From the NCBI GenBank assembly GCA_001003605.1, contig LCPL01000006.1, positions 1 to 58,852 of the forward strand: a stretch of DNA of 58,852 nt, in the 5' to 3' direction. The stretch comes from Parcubacteria group bacterium GW2011_GWC2_48_17 (lineage in GTDB: Bacteria; Patescibacteriota; Minisyncoccia; Phycocordibacterales; UBA10002). This document shows positions 1-9,724 of the stretch, in pieces (positions within the stretch are counted from its first letter, which is position 1; each line of letters opens with the position of its first letter). The notes under the pieces were generated by a model. That model saw only the letters and a list, made by a program, of their open reading frames with translations. It did no database searches and had not been told where the DNA came from. The translations under genes and the position numbers were made by a program.

Positions 1-81
1 AGGACGGGGGTTGTATCCCCCTTAACAAAGGGGGTGTCCGAGTCGGCGAGGACGGGGGTTGTATCCCCCTTAACAAAGGGG
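1..81. repeat. Left arm of DUF559 cassette: 48-bp tandem unit containing palindrome CCCCCTTAACAAAGGGGG
   Basis: aggacgggggttgtatcccccttaacaaagggg occurs at 1 and 49; reverse complement gacaccccctttgttaaggggga-acaaccc at 466-496. Confidence 0.85.
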
Positions 82-94
82 TTAGGTAATTGTT

Positions 95-544
95 ATGAAA
101 GTCTACTATAATCAACACCTCAAAGAACTGTCACGGGAACTCAGGAAAAATGGTACTCTTGCTGAAGTCTTGCTATGGAAAGAACTAAGGAACAAGAAGA
201 TGGGCTTTCAATTCATGCGGCAAAAACCGATTTTATTTTACATAGTTGATTTTTATTGTGCTCCGCTCAAACTTGCCGTCGAAGTAGACGGCGTAACGCA
301 TGATGCAAAAATGGAGAAGGATATGAAGCGACAGTGCGCATTGGAAAAGCTTGGAATTGCCTTTCTGCGGTTTTCCGAAGGAGAAGTGCGAAATAATCTT
401 GACGGCGTGTTGCTAAAAATTGCGACGTGGATAAAAGAAAGACAACCCCCGTCGTATCAGAATATGACACCCCCTTTGTTAAGGGGGACACAACCCTCCC
501 CGAATCAGAATTCGGTACTCCCTTTATTAAGGGAGATAAGATAA
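95..544 (+). CDS. DUF559 / Vsr-like endonuclease domain protein
   Basis: ELRKNGTLAEVLLW...FMRQKPILFYIVDFYC...VEVDGVTHD motifs; last ~30 aa read through the right repeat arm. Confidence 0.9.
   Translation: MKVYYNQHLKELSRELRKNGTLAEVLLWKELRNKKMGFQFMRQKPILFYIVDFYCAPLKLAVEVDGVTHDAKMEKDMKRQCALEKLGIAFLRFSEGEVRNNLDGVLLKIATWIKERQPPSYQNMTPPLLRGTQPSPNQNSVLPLLREIR
442..536. repeat. Right (inverted) arm of DUF559 cassette
   Basis: acaacccccgtc...gacaccccctttgttaaggggga...ctccctttattaagggaga, reverse complement of the 1-81 unit. Confidence 0.85.
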
Positions 545-556
545 AGAGAAACACCA

Positions 557-1519
557 ATGACCCCACGAACAAAAATCATTAGCGGAGTAGCGGCAGTCGC
601 CATACTGGGAGGCGGGGTTTTTTTCTTGCGTACCGGGCGCACGGAAATTAAGTATAACAGCATCACTCCGGAGCAGGCCTCAAAAGCGGCGGAGGTGCTT
701 TCTAAAGACCAAGACAATGACGGCCTTAAAGACTGGGAGGAGGAACTTTGGAACACGAATCCCTTAAACAAAGATACAGATGGAGATGGAACGGTAGATG
801 GCGAAGAGATAACCTTGGGGAGGGACCCTGTTAAAGCGGGGCCGGATGATGAACTTGACCAGAAAACCATTGAAGCAAAAACGGTTCCTGGCGGAGGGGA
901 CTGGACCGAAACCGACAGGCTGTCTAGAGAATTTTTCGCGAAATATCTCACAATAAAGCAGTCGGGAGTGCCGTTTACCGCCGAGGAAGAAGAAAAACTT
1001 CTCGCGGATTTCACACAAAGATATCCTGAACCGAGGGCGAAAAAAATCTTCACGGAAAGCGACATCGTGCTTGCGAAGAATGACGACGTAGCGTCTTTGC
1101 GCGCATACGGAAATGCGATTGGGACTGTGATAAACGCGCACAAAGAAAAAGAAGATGTGGAAAACGAGCTTATTATTTTTGAGCGCGCCCTAGAAAATGA
1201 AGACGCGCTGGACCTTCAAAACCTTGACGGCCGCGTCAAGCGCTATGAGAGCATACTTGCGGGTTTCAAAACAATTCCTGCGCCGCGAAACGTCATGTTG
1301 ATACATCTAGACCTTCTAAACTCCATTGAATCGATAAAAGAAAGTGTGGATGGGATGGCGGGTGCGCTCACCGATTCGGTGCGTGCGCTATCCGCGGCAA
1401 CCGCATATCCTGCCGCCATAGAAGATCTGACTAAGGCCCTGGATGATATCGCACGCTTTTTCGAGATGAAGCAAATAACATTTGGGAAAGATGAACCAGG
1501 GGCGATTCTCACGCAGTAG
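557..1519 (+). CDS. Membrane-anchored protein with bacterial TSP3-like Ca-binding repeat
   Basis: N-terminal TM; DQDNDGLKDWEE...DTDGDGTVDGEE motif. Confidence 0.75.
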   Translation: MTPRTKIISGVAAVAILGGGVFFLRTGRTEIKYNSITPEQASKAAEVLSKDQDNDGLKDWEEELWNTNPLNKDTDGDGTVDGEEITLGRDPVKAGPDDELDQKTIEAKTVPGGGDWTETDRLSREFFAKYLTIKQSGVPFTAEEEEKLLADFTQRYPEPRAKKIFTESDIVLAKNDDVASLRAYGNAIGTVINAHKEKEDVENELIIFERALENEDALDLQNLDGRVKRYESILAGFKTIPAPRNVMLIHLDLLNSIESIKESVDGMAGALTDSVRALSAATAYPAAIEDLTKALDDIARFFEMKQITFGKDEPGAILTQ

Positions 1520-1656
1520 CGTCTAGCGGATAGTAGAAAAAGAAATAGATGCATGAAAGCCGAAAACTAAACGCTAGACGCTTCTGCATATGTACATGAA
1601 GTCATAAGATACTCTTGGTTTTTATCCGAAAACTAAACGCTTTACGCTTTACGCTT
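1517..1656 (+). pseudogene. Internally deleted four-helix-bundle cassette (CTAAACG repeat family)
   Basis: MYMKS* (1590) joined to KILLVFIRKLNA, matching the first and last codons of 9349..9708; same repeat arms. Confidence 0.85.
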
Positions 1657-1664
1657 CTTCCGTG

Positions 1665-1710
1665 TTATCCACTTTGCGGGCACTGTTTATCCACAAGTCT
1701 CTGCTATAAT
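1665..1710 (+). promoter_or_regulatory. Extended -10 promoter with two upstream DnaA-box-like sites
   Basis: TTATCCACT 1665-1673, TTATCCACA 1687-1695, TGcTATAAT 1702-1710. Confidence 0.5.
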
Positions 1711-1728
1711 AAAGAGGATGTGAGAGGA

Positions 1729-3807
1729 GTGAGTACAAAAATTCTTCTCGGCTTTTTGATTGTAGCGCTAATCGCGCCTACTGTGTTTTTTGCGTACCCG
1801 CAAAAAGCGGAAGCGGTGGTGCCACTGTCGCTTGCGCAGTGCGGTATCGCCAAAATAACCGCGAAAATCGGAGCAGCGATATCGTCAATAACTTCCTTTG
1901 GGCAAAAGGTGCCGACAGTCGCTAGCAAAACTGATTCTGCCGTGGCAACTAGCGCGGCTGGAATGGACTGGGTGCAATGTTTTATGAAGGGACTGGTCAA
2001 AATTTTAGCGAAAACACTGCTTCATACCTTTGTTCAGTCCATAGTGAACTGGATTAACACGGGATTCCAGGGTTCGCCATCGTTTGTCACGAATCCCGAA
2101 GGATTTCTTAATGATGTTGCCGACCAGACGATTGGACGGATTATTGAGGATATTGACCCGCTCCTGTGTTCTCCTTTTCGGCTTGACATACGATTCGCGC
2201 TGGGACTCAATCTTTCGCTACGGAATAGACAGGAAATCCACTGCAGACTTTCTGATGTAATAGCCAATGTGCGCGGAGCTTATGATGGCTTTGTAACCGG
2301 GACTGTGGGGTCAGGGAATCTATCACGGTGGATTCATATAGCGGGGACGCAACAAAATAATCCGTATGGGGCCTACATGGCGGCTTCCTACGACATTGGC
2401 GCTGGCATCACCTCGGCCACGGGACAGCAAATTAAGCTCTTGGATTGGGGTAAAGGATTCAAATCATGGAGAAGCTGTAAGAGGTGGGGACCCAAGGTCA
2501 AAGACGAGAGCGAGAGAGTAATACGCAATGGCCCGTGTCTTGAAGAAGGTGAAATCAAAACCCCCGGCTCGGTCATTGTGGATCAAGCGAATGAATCGCT
2601 CAAAAAAACCCTTACCGAGCTTGAAGTTGCGCAGGAACTTGATGAGGTCTTCGGCGCGCTTGTCAACCAGCTTCTTTACCAAGTTATGCGGGCTGGAGGG
2701 GGACTTCTTGGTGCAAGCAAGGGAAGTACTTCGGGAGACTACGGAGGCAGAAGCGTCGCGGACTTGCTCGAAACCAACCCCGAAGAGGTGATGAGAGTTT
2801 CTACAGTGAAAGTTCCGGATGGCATAAATTGTAGACTGCGATATTATCCTGCGACAAAAGAAACCGCTCTGGGTAGCGGAATTTATGTTCCGGATGAGAG
2901 TAATACCGAAGTAGGCACTCAAGTTTGGACCGACAACCTCGGAGCGGGTAAGACGGTAGGTGTAGCTACTGGTGATGATCGTTCGCTCGTGCCGGCAAAG
3001 TATCTAAAAGAGGGTGATGAAGAAGAGATATCGGTGAAAAGGGCGGGAGGTGATACGTGGGCGAAGTATTTCGCCGGAGTTAGAACGGGCTGTAAAAACG
3101 CATTTAGCGCACTCGTAGACAAAACTTCGACTGACGGCCGTACAACATATATAGCAGACGCGAAAGGAAAAGAATGTATGGGTGATGAAGTGGGAGAGGC
3201 CAAGAAGACCTGTATACCACCGGAACCGCAAGAGCCGCCACAAGAAACGCCAGAAATGAGAGAAATACCTCTGGCGGGAATGGCGGGTTTGAATCAGTCA
3301 CATATTAATTACGATAGTGGTGGAAATATTGTGCATGGTCCGCTTAATGCCGCGGGTGGGTCCAGCCTTTCCGACACGGAAGACGGCATTGTGCCACATT
3401 GGTGGACAGCTTCATTCGCGAAAAAAGAAGAAATTGAAATTATACAGATTAGGTTCATGCCTGGATATTTGGTAGAGTCGCTCATAGTGGCCAATATTCC
3501 CCCTGTAAACGGGGTAAATACAATGGCAGGGATACCAATAACACGCGATGATGTCGCGGGTTCTGCAATTTATACTTATCCCGGCGCTACATCTAGCACA
3601 GGAGCAAGCGCCGCTTCTTCCGGTACGCCCGAAAGCTTGACCATTACTTTCACGCCGCCTGTAACAGGTAACGCCATAGCAATAATTTCAGACCCTGGAG
3701 AGCTTAAACTTTCGTCAGTAAAACTGTACCGCCCGGCTAAAGCTGCAGACGCCGTAACACCGACTACAGCTCCTCCGCCGGTTACAATAGAGCTACCTAC
3801 ATTATGA
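1729..3807 (+). CDS. Large secreted/membrane Cys-containing hypothetical protein of the T4SS-like cluster
   Basis: ORF 1615..3807; GTG at 1729 precedes a signal peptide (KILLGFLIVALIAP...AEA); ORF residues before 1729 come from repeat/promoter. Confidence 0.7.
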   Translation: MSTKILLGFLIVALIAPTVFFAYPQKAEAVVPLSLAQCGIAKITAKIGAAISSITSFGQKVPTVASKTDSAVATSAAGMDWVQCFMKGLVKILAKTLLHTFVQSIVNWINTGFQGSPSFVTNPEGFLNDVADQTIGRIIEDIDPLLCSPFRLDIRFALGLNLSLRNRQEIHCRLSDVIANVRGAYDGFVTGTVGSGNLSRWIHIAGTQQNNPYGAYMAASYDIGAGITSATGQQIKLLDWGKGFKSWRSCKRWGPKVKDESERVIRNGPCLEEGEIKTPGSVIVDQANESLKKTLTELEVAQELDEVFGALVNQLLYQVMRAGGGLLGASKGSTSGDYGGRSVADLLETNPEEVMRVSTVKVPDGINCRLRYYPATKETALGSGIYVPDESNTEVGTQVWTDNLGAGKTVGVATGDDRSLVPAKYLKEGDEEEISVKRAGGDTWAKYFAGVRTGCKNAFSALVDKTSTDGRTTYIADAKGKECMGDEVGEAKKTCIPPEPQEPPQETPEMREIPLAGMAGLNQSHINYDSGGNIVHGPLNAAGGSSLSDTEDGIVPHWWTASFAKKEEIEIIQIRFMPGYLVESLIVANIPPVNGVNTMAGIPITRDDVAGSAIYTYPGATSSTGASAASSGTPESLTITFTPPVTGNAIAIISDPGELKLSSVKLYRPAKAADAVTPTTAPPPVTIELPTL

Positions 3808-3874
3808 AGTATGAAGTACCCGCCAAACTTCGTCAGAACGAAGTTTAGTCGGGCAGGTGAATTATGAATTATGA
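3801..3874. repeat. TATGAA(G/T) heptamer arm with nested small hairpin
   Basis: attatgaagtatgaagta[cccgccaaacttcgtcagaacgaagtttagtcgggcagg]tgaattatgaattatga overlapping the stop codon. Confidence 0.75.
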
Positions 3875-3926
3875 CAATAGGAACTGCGAATGAAGTAAAA
3901 ATTGCGAAAACAACAAAAAACCAATT

Positions 3927-6900
3927 ATGCCTTTCCAGAAAAACAAAAAACCTCATATCGTTATAGGAGTGGCTGCAATGGTCCTAAGCGGAATTTTTGC
4001 GGGAATCATAGTTGGCCCGATTTTTCTCTTTGCTCAAGAGCCTGTGACGGAAGGTACGACACTCCCTGCCGACCCTAATACTGAGTCCGGAGTTCCCCCA
4101 GAAGAAGCGCGTGGATACAACCAATCTGGCGTATGGGGCGTACCAACCCCTGAAGAGCAAAGAGCGGCGCAGACAGGAGAATTCGGAACTCCTGAAGAGG
4201 AGGCGCGGAGAAACGAGGCGGCAGCGATAGCTGCAGCGGCGGACAAGAAAAGAGCGGCGGAAGAACTGGCGGAGAAATTCAAGTGTTGGGGTCCAATTGG
4301 CGGATTCAATATCACCGGATGCATGGCGATGCTCATGGACAAGGTTATGTGGCTTGCGGCGCGGACGCTTTGGATTGCCGGCGTACTCCTCAACATTACG
4401 CTCCATTACACCCTGAACCTCAATACGCTTCTGGAGAAACTCCCGATTGTGGACATCGGTTGGAAAGTGCTACGCGACCTTGCCAACATCGTCTTTATCT
4501 TCATCACGCTCTGGTGCGGCATTTCCATTACGCTCGGCATAGGCGACGGCGGCAAAAAGGCGTGGGGTTATCTCGCGCAGATGGTACTCGTGGCGCTGTT
4601 TATCAACTTCTCGCTTTTCATCACCAAGGCGGTTGTGGATGCTTCAAATATAGCCGCGCTACATTTCTATTCGCTGATTGTGGAGCCGGGAAAAGAAAGC
4701 AATTACGACAGCGGATTATCCGAAGCGTTTATGTACGGACTCAAGCTCGGAACGCTCTATAACAGTAAACAACTCGGAGCCGGCGGGAACATTGACGCGG
4801 ACAAACTTTTCATTGGAGGCGCGCTCGCCAGTGCCGGACAGGGGCCTACCTTTACCAACATCATCTTGATTGGCTTTTTCGGCTCTCTTTTCATCATTGT
4901 CACGGCGTGGGTGTTTTTCGCCGCGGCCATTATGTTTATCTACCGCGCCGTCACCCTCATCATGCTCATGATACTTTCGCCTCTCGCTTTTGTCGGGCTA
5001 ATTCTCCCCGGCGCATCGGGTATGGCGCACGCTTGGTGGAGTAAGCTCTGGAGTCAGGCGTTCTTCGCGCCGCTTTACCTCGCGCTCGCCTACGTCGTGG
5101 TGAAAACCCTCAACTCGGATGCGTTTCAGGAGGCGTATGCAAATACCAATACGGCCGGCGCTGGTTTTGCCGCCGCCCTTACCGGCACGGGGCCAGACAC
5201 CGTATACATCATCTTCAACTTCGTGATTTTGATTGGCCTCATGGTGGCATGCCTTATGGTCGCCCAGTCCTTGGGCGCCAAAGGCAGCGACATGGCCATG
5301 GCGGGGTGGCAGAAGATTAAGGGGGTCGCGGTGGGGGGTGTTGTGGGTGTGACCGGCGCTGCGGCCCGAGGAATCATCAAAGTGCCTTCTGCGGGAATAC
5401 AGGCTATGGGGAATGTCGGTAAATTGGCTCAACGGATAGGCAATATAGGATTCATGAAAGACACAAAATTTGGTAAAAAAATGAATGACTTTGGAACGCG
5501 TTTCCAAAGCACGGAAGGCATCGGGGCGAAAATGCGTAAAATCACCGGAAAGGCCGAATGGCTCGACCCGCGCTACATTGAAGAGCGCGCCGGCCAATCG
5601 AAGCTAGGAAATACTATGATAGGAAGAGCTATTCGCGGCGTGACGACGAGCGCTTTGGCCAACGTGAAAATTGGCGACAAATCCCTCCAAGAAGCGCACG
5701 AGGAGGGAGAGGAGATGGCGTCACGACGGCGGGAAATTGAATACGGCCACAAGGCACGGCAAAACGCCAACCAACTGGAACCCCTGCATGAAAAAGAAAA
5801 GAAGCTCCTTGACGAAAAACTCACAAAGGAAACACAGCAGAAAATAGCGGAAGAGAAACTTAAAGAGGGGCAGGCAAGTAAAGACCCGGCAAAAATCGCC
5901 AAGGCGGAAGAGGCGCTCGGCGCAGGATTCCTCAAGACGTCAGAAGCGTTGGCCGCCGCGGAGGAAAATCTTGAAAAAGCGAAAAAGAGCGGCGGCCCGA
6001 CAACCGCGGAGGAAGCGGCGGTTAAGACGGCCCAGCAGGCGGTGGAGGCAGAACGGGTAAAGGGAGGAGCTGCCGTGGAAACGGCAAAAGCAGAGAAGGA
6101 CATTGAGGAATTTGAAGCGAAAAGCCGAAAGATTATGGAACAGCATGCCGACGCCGTTCGGGTCGCGCTCGCGAGGATGTCCACCGAGGCCTTTCTTGAA
6201 CTTCCGAAGACATTCTTTGAGAATCCCGCGTTTATGGACAACACCGTGCTTGGAGAAGACAAGTACCTCGCGCTCATGAAAAGCGAGCACTTCACACGCG
6301 AGGAGAAGGAAGGATACACGAAAGCTCGCTGGAAGCGCGCCAAAGACACCGCGGCGCGCAGAAAGACGCGCAGTGAGAGCTTTCTCGCGGAAATGCCGGA
6401 GTACCAGAAAAAGGTAAAGGAGCGGGAGGCGGCTGAAAAAAGAGTAGCTGAGGGTTTAGAAAAATTTGTTGAAGGTTTGCAGGACGAACTTGCTGAGGCG
6501 GATCATGTTGTGGCAGACGCAAAAAGAGATTTGGAAACCGCCGAGCAAGATTTGGCATCGGCACGAGGTACAGCCAATATACAAGCCGCGCGCGACCTTG
6601 TACAAGATCAGAAAGATATCCTTAAACCAAAAGAAGATGCGCGCGCAAAATTTGACAAGGATATAGCGACTAAAAGGATGAATCTGGAGAAAAAAGAAAC
6701 GGGCATTCTCCGCGATGCATCTGGTGAAGAAATAAAGCTGAAAGCGCCGAAACAACCCGGCTGGGATGAGGCGCCGGACATCAGAAAGGCGCTCCGCAAC
6801 ATCTTGCGACCGGACGAGGTCATTAATCTCTATCGCTACGACCGCGAAGCGTTTGGCAATCCATTTATCGCCGACACCATCAAGCAAGGCACATGGAATG

Positions 6901-7691
6901 AAGTACGGCGGTCAGGACAGGTGGACTCAAACTCCATTGAGCAGGTGGCTCGCGTGCAGAAGCGCCATTACCTCAAAGACTCCTTGTACTTCGGAAGCGG
7001 CTTAGACCCCGTGGAAATGCATACACTTGAAGAGGAGAATCTGTCAGAGGCGTACGGAGTGCTCAATGAGCTCGGCGATGAAATGAAAAAGCTTGGTATA
7101 GAAGGGTATCGGAAGTGGATCGAAAACGGAGGGTTGCAGAAATTCCTCCAGGACAAGGGGCTGGAGAAACGCCTATCCGCCGATATCAAGGTTCAACTCG
7201 AGCGACACGACGCGGGTCTCGGTATGTACAAGATGACGGCGCCAAACCTCGCAAGCAACGAGTTCGAGATGATGCCAGGGATGCTTCGCGAACATCCAAT
7301 TTCGCTTAACTACTACGACCAAGCGAGCATCGCTCCGTTTACACATCGCGATATTGAAAATACTCTGCCTATTGCTGAATTCTACATTGAACAATTTAAG
7401 CGTGATGTTGAGGAGGGTGGCGGTGTCATAAGCGAAGGGAACCTCCGCATTCTGAAATGGTTCGTAAACGAAAACCAGGGACAAAGCTTTACCCAGTTTG
7501 AGATGGTTCGGGAAGACCTTAAGGACTGGTTTGAAATGATAAAGCGGCTTATCGGAAAATCTGGCCGCGCCATGACCACCAACAAATACGCGACATCGAA
7601 TGATGTTTACGCAGATATGGAGAGAAGAACGGGCAAGCCGGCGCACGACCCGTTTGAGAAGATTCGTTCAAAAACGGATAAACCAAGCTAA
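3927..7691 (+). CDS. VirB6/TrbL-like polytopic membrane protein with long coiled-coil C-terminus
   Basis: GWKVLRDLANIVFIF, LFINFSLFITKAVVD, LMILSPLAFV...WWSKLWSQAFFAP pattern; multiple TMs; cluster context. Confidence 0.7.
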   Translation: MPFQKNKKPHIVIGVAAMVLSGIFAGIIVGPIFLFAQEPVTEGTTLPADPNTESGVPPEEARGYNQSGVWGVPTPEEQRAAQTGEFGTPEEEARRNEAAAIAAAADKKRAAEELAEKFKCWGPIGGFNITGCMAMLMDKVMWLAARTLWIAGVLLNITLHYTLNLNTLLEKLPIVDIGWKVLRDLANIVFIFITLWCGISITLGIGDGGKKAWGYLAQMVLVALFINFSLFITKAVVDASNIAALHFYSLIVEPGKESNYDSGLSEAFMYGLKLGTLYNSKQLGAGGNIDADKLFIGGALASAGQGPTFTNIILIGFFGSLFIIVTAWVFFAAAIMFIYRAVTLIMLMILSPLAFVGLILPGASGMAHAWWSKLWSQAFFAPLYLALAYVVVKTLNSDAFQEAYANTNTAGAGFAAALTGTGPDTVYIIFNFVILIGLMVACLMVAQSLGAKGSDMAMAGWQKIKGVAVGGVVGVTGAAARGIIKVPSAGIQAMGNVGKLAQRIGNIGFMKDTKFGKKMNDFGTRFQSTEGIGAKMRKITGKAEWLDPRYIEERAGQSKLGNTMIGRAIRGVTTSALANVKIGDKSLQEAHEEGEEMASRRREIEYGHKARQNANQLEPLHEKEKKLLDEKLTKETQQKIAEEKLKEGQASKDPAKIAKAEEALGAGFLKTSEALAAAEENLEKAKKSGGPTTAEEAAVKTAQQAVEAERVKGGAAVETAKAEKDIEEFEAKSRKIMEQHADAVRVALARMSTEAFLELPKTFFENPAFMDNTVLGEDKYLALMKSEHFTREEKEGYTKARWKRAKDTAARRKTRSESFLAEMPEYQKKVKEREAAEKRVAEGLEKFVEGLQDELAEADHVVADAKRDLETAEQDLASARGTANIQAARDLVQDQKDILKPKEDARAKFDKDIATKRMNLEKKETGILRDASGEEIKLKAPKQPGWDEAPDIRKALRNILRPDEVINLYRYDREAFGNPFIADTIKQGTWNEVRRSGQVDSNSIEQVARVQKRHYLKDSLYFGSGLDPVEMHTLEEENLSEAYGVLNELGDEMKKLGIEGYRKWIENGGLQKFLQDKGLEKRLSADIKVQLERHDAGLGMYKMTAPNLASNEFEMMPGMLREHPISLNYYDQASIAPFTHRDIENTLPIAEFYIEQFKRDVEEGGGVISEGNLRILKWFVNENQGQSFTQFEMVREDLKDWFEMIKRLIGKSGRAMTTNKYATSNDVYADMERRTGKPAHDPFEKIRSKTDKPS

Positions 7692-7712
7692 CATCTTAAA
7701 GACTAGATTCGT

Positions 7713-9251
7713 ATGAACCCACAGCAACAACGAGAAAACTTTTTCCGCTTCATAGACGCCCTGCCGCAGGCAGTGGTGGATTCACTGTCGCAAAAAAATC
7801 TTGATATTATTGCCGTCTTGCACGAAGTTTGCGTGGCGCGCGAGTTTGTTCTCTATGAAATGGGAAACATTTGCGAAGGCGTAGTGCGGGTGCTTGCGGG
7901 GAAAGACTCGCCGAGCAATCTCTTGGCGTTCATCCAGCAAGATCAGAACATAGAGGAAGACAACAGAGCGAAAATTCCCGCACTTGCCTATGAAATCCAG
8001 CAGAAGATTTTTGACCCGGTGCTCCCGATTTTGAAGCAGGCGGGGTTTCCGATTAAAGAAGGAAAGGTGGCGGAGCCAGCTTCTAGCTTTCAGGTTCAAG
8101 GTTCTAGTCAGACAAAACTAGAAGCTAGAAGCCACCTGCCCGCCAAAGGCTTGGCGCAGGCGGGAAACCTAGCAGCTTCTTCTGTTGGACTAGAAGCTAG
8201 CAGCTTGAAGCTAGAACCTAATCATATGCGGGCATTGATGCGCATCGCCGCCGGAACGGCCTATAGCGAATTGCAACTTCGCGACGCTTTCGAGGACTTG
8301 CCTCCGGGCCTTCGCCAATCGCTCTCTTCGGTGGATACGGCAAACTCCATACAGGGAATCGCCAAGAAATATCTTCTCCATGTGGACCAGATGGCTTCTC
8401 TTGCGAGCGAAACCGGGCTTGTGCTTCTCGGACTTACGCACCCGGCGGACTTTATAGGAAATCTTGGAAAGCGCCTTCGTCTTAAAGAAGAGGAGGCGAG
8501 GGAAATCGCGCGCGAAATAAGCGCGGAGATTTTCGTCAAAGTCCGTGATTCGCTACGCGGACTGCACGAACCAAAACCAGCTTCTAGCTTTCAGGTGCTA
8601 GGTTCTAGCCAGAAACCAACCGAGTCCCCAAAGGTAGCGCCTGTATCTTCTTCTCAATCTTCTGCCACACTAAACGCTAAACGCTCAACGCTAACCGCTT
8701 CTTCCCGCTATCCGCTAAACGCTTCCCTTGAAACTCCGTATTCCCCACAAGCCAAGTGGAACACGGGAGAAAATATACTTTCAAAGCAAGCCCCGCAGAA
8801 GCAGGGCGACTTTGCGGGGCAAGCTCCCCAAAAAGAGGCGCCATTAAGCAGGGAAGGAGTATTGCGCGGCGTTGAAAACCCCAAATCAATTAAGAGAGAT
8901 TCTCCCCTAGAAGCTAACAGCTATCAGCTAAAAGCTAATCAGGTGGGGCCGACGGGGTGGAAACCGTCGCAGAATGAAGTAGGAAGTATGAATTATGAAT
9001 TAAGGAAGCCCTCGATTCCAACAGACTTACCAAGACCTCCAGCGCCGAAGCCACCAATCGCGCCGAAGCCATTCCAGCCGTCTGCTCCGGGAGAAAAACG
9101 GAGACCGAGTGATATTGGCCCATTATCTGTGCCGGAAAAACCGACGGACGAACCGAATGACTTTCTTGAAGAGAAATTGCAGCGGCCAGTAACCATGCCG
9201 AAAGAGGAGAAGCATTACTCAAGCGACCCCTATCGGGAACCGCTTGAGTAA
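7713..9251 (+). CDS. Hypothetical protein (duplicated helical domain, Pro-rich tail ending DPYREP) with in-frame repeat insertions
   Basis: Two similar helical segments; heptamer-repeat tracts at 8078-8219, 8579-8725, 8907-9005. Confidence 0.75.
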   Translation: MNPQQQRENFFRFIDALPQAVVDSLSQKNLDIIAVLHEVCVAREFVLYEMGNICEGVVRVLAGKDSPSNLLAFIQQDQNIEEDNRAKIPALAYEIQQKIFDPVLPILKQAGFPIKEGKVAEPASSFQVQGSSQTKLEARSHLPAKGLAQAGNLAASSVGLEASSLKLEPNHMRALMRIAAGTAYSELQLRDAFEDLPPGLRQSLSSVDTANSIQGIAKKYLLHVDQMASLASETGLVLLGLTHPADFIGNLGKRLRLKEEEAREIAREISAEIFVKVRDSLRGLHEPKPASSFQVLGSSQKPTESPKVAPVSSSQSSATLNAKRSTLTASSRYPLNASLETPYSPQAKWNTGENILSKQAPQKQGDFAGQAPQKEAPLSREGVLRGVENPKSIKRDSPLEANSYQLKANQVGPTGWKPSQNEVGSMNYELRKPSIPTDLPRPPAPKPPIAPKPFQPSAPGEKRRPSDIGPLSVPEKPTDEPNDFLEEKLQRPVTMPKEEKHYSSDPYREPLE

Positions 9252-9721
9252 GCGTTTAGCGATTAGCGTCTAGCGGTTAGTAGAAAAAGAGAAGAAATAG
9301 ATGCCTAATCATTATAACTAAACGTTAGCCGCTAACCACTTTTGTTATATGTATGCCAAATCATACAAAGAACTCATTGTCTGGCAAAAATCCATTCAAT
9401 TGGTGAAAGCTGTCTATGCCGTTTCTGAAGGATTTCCTAAAGCGGAAATGTATGGGTTAACTAGCCAGATGCGAAGAGCGGCCGTTTCCATTCCATCAAA
9501 CATCGCGGAGGGATATAAGCGCAAAAGCAGACTTGAATTTCTTCAATTTCTTTCTATTGCCGAAGCTTCTGCCGCAGAACTAGAAACTCAAGTAATAATT
9601 GCGAAAGATTTGTACTCGGAAATAGACTATAGACCAACCGAGCAGTTACTAGAAGAAGTCCAGAAGATATTGGTGATTTTTATCCGAAAACTAAACGCTA
9701 AACGCTAAACGCTGTACGCTT
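9250..9721 (+). mobile_element. Repeat-bracketed cassette 1 (CGTTTAG / CTAAACG arms)
   Basis: aagcgtttagcgattagcgtctagcggttagt pairs with actaaacgctaaacgctaaacgctgtacgctt; stop at 9251, next ATG at 9725. Confidence 0.75.
9349..9708 (+). CDS. Four helix bundle protein (23S rRNA IVP / Avd-like, TIGR02436-type)
   Basis: SYKELIVWQKS...FPKAEMYGLTSQMRRAAVSIPSNIAEG...ELETQ. Confidence 0.92.
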   Translation: MYAKSYKELIVWQKSIQLVKAVYAVSEGFPKAEMYGLTSQMRRAAVSIPSNIAEGYKRKSRLEFLQFLSIAEASAAELETQVIIAKDLYSEIDYRPTEQLLEEVQKILVIFIRKLNAKR

Positions 9722-9724
9722 CCC

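Noticed and set aside
1-81. CRISPR array
   Set aside because: Fewer than two full units visible, inverted copies lie on the other side of the gene, and there are no cas genes.
9349-9708. DGR (Avd-like protein) or 23S rRNA intervening sequence
   Set aside because: No reverse transcriptase, TR/VR pair or rRNA in the window.
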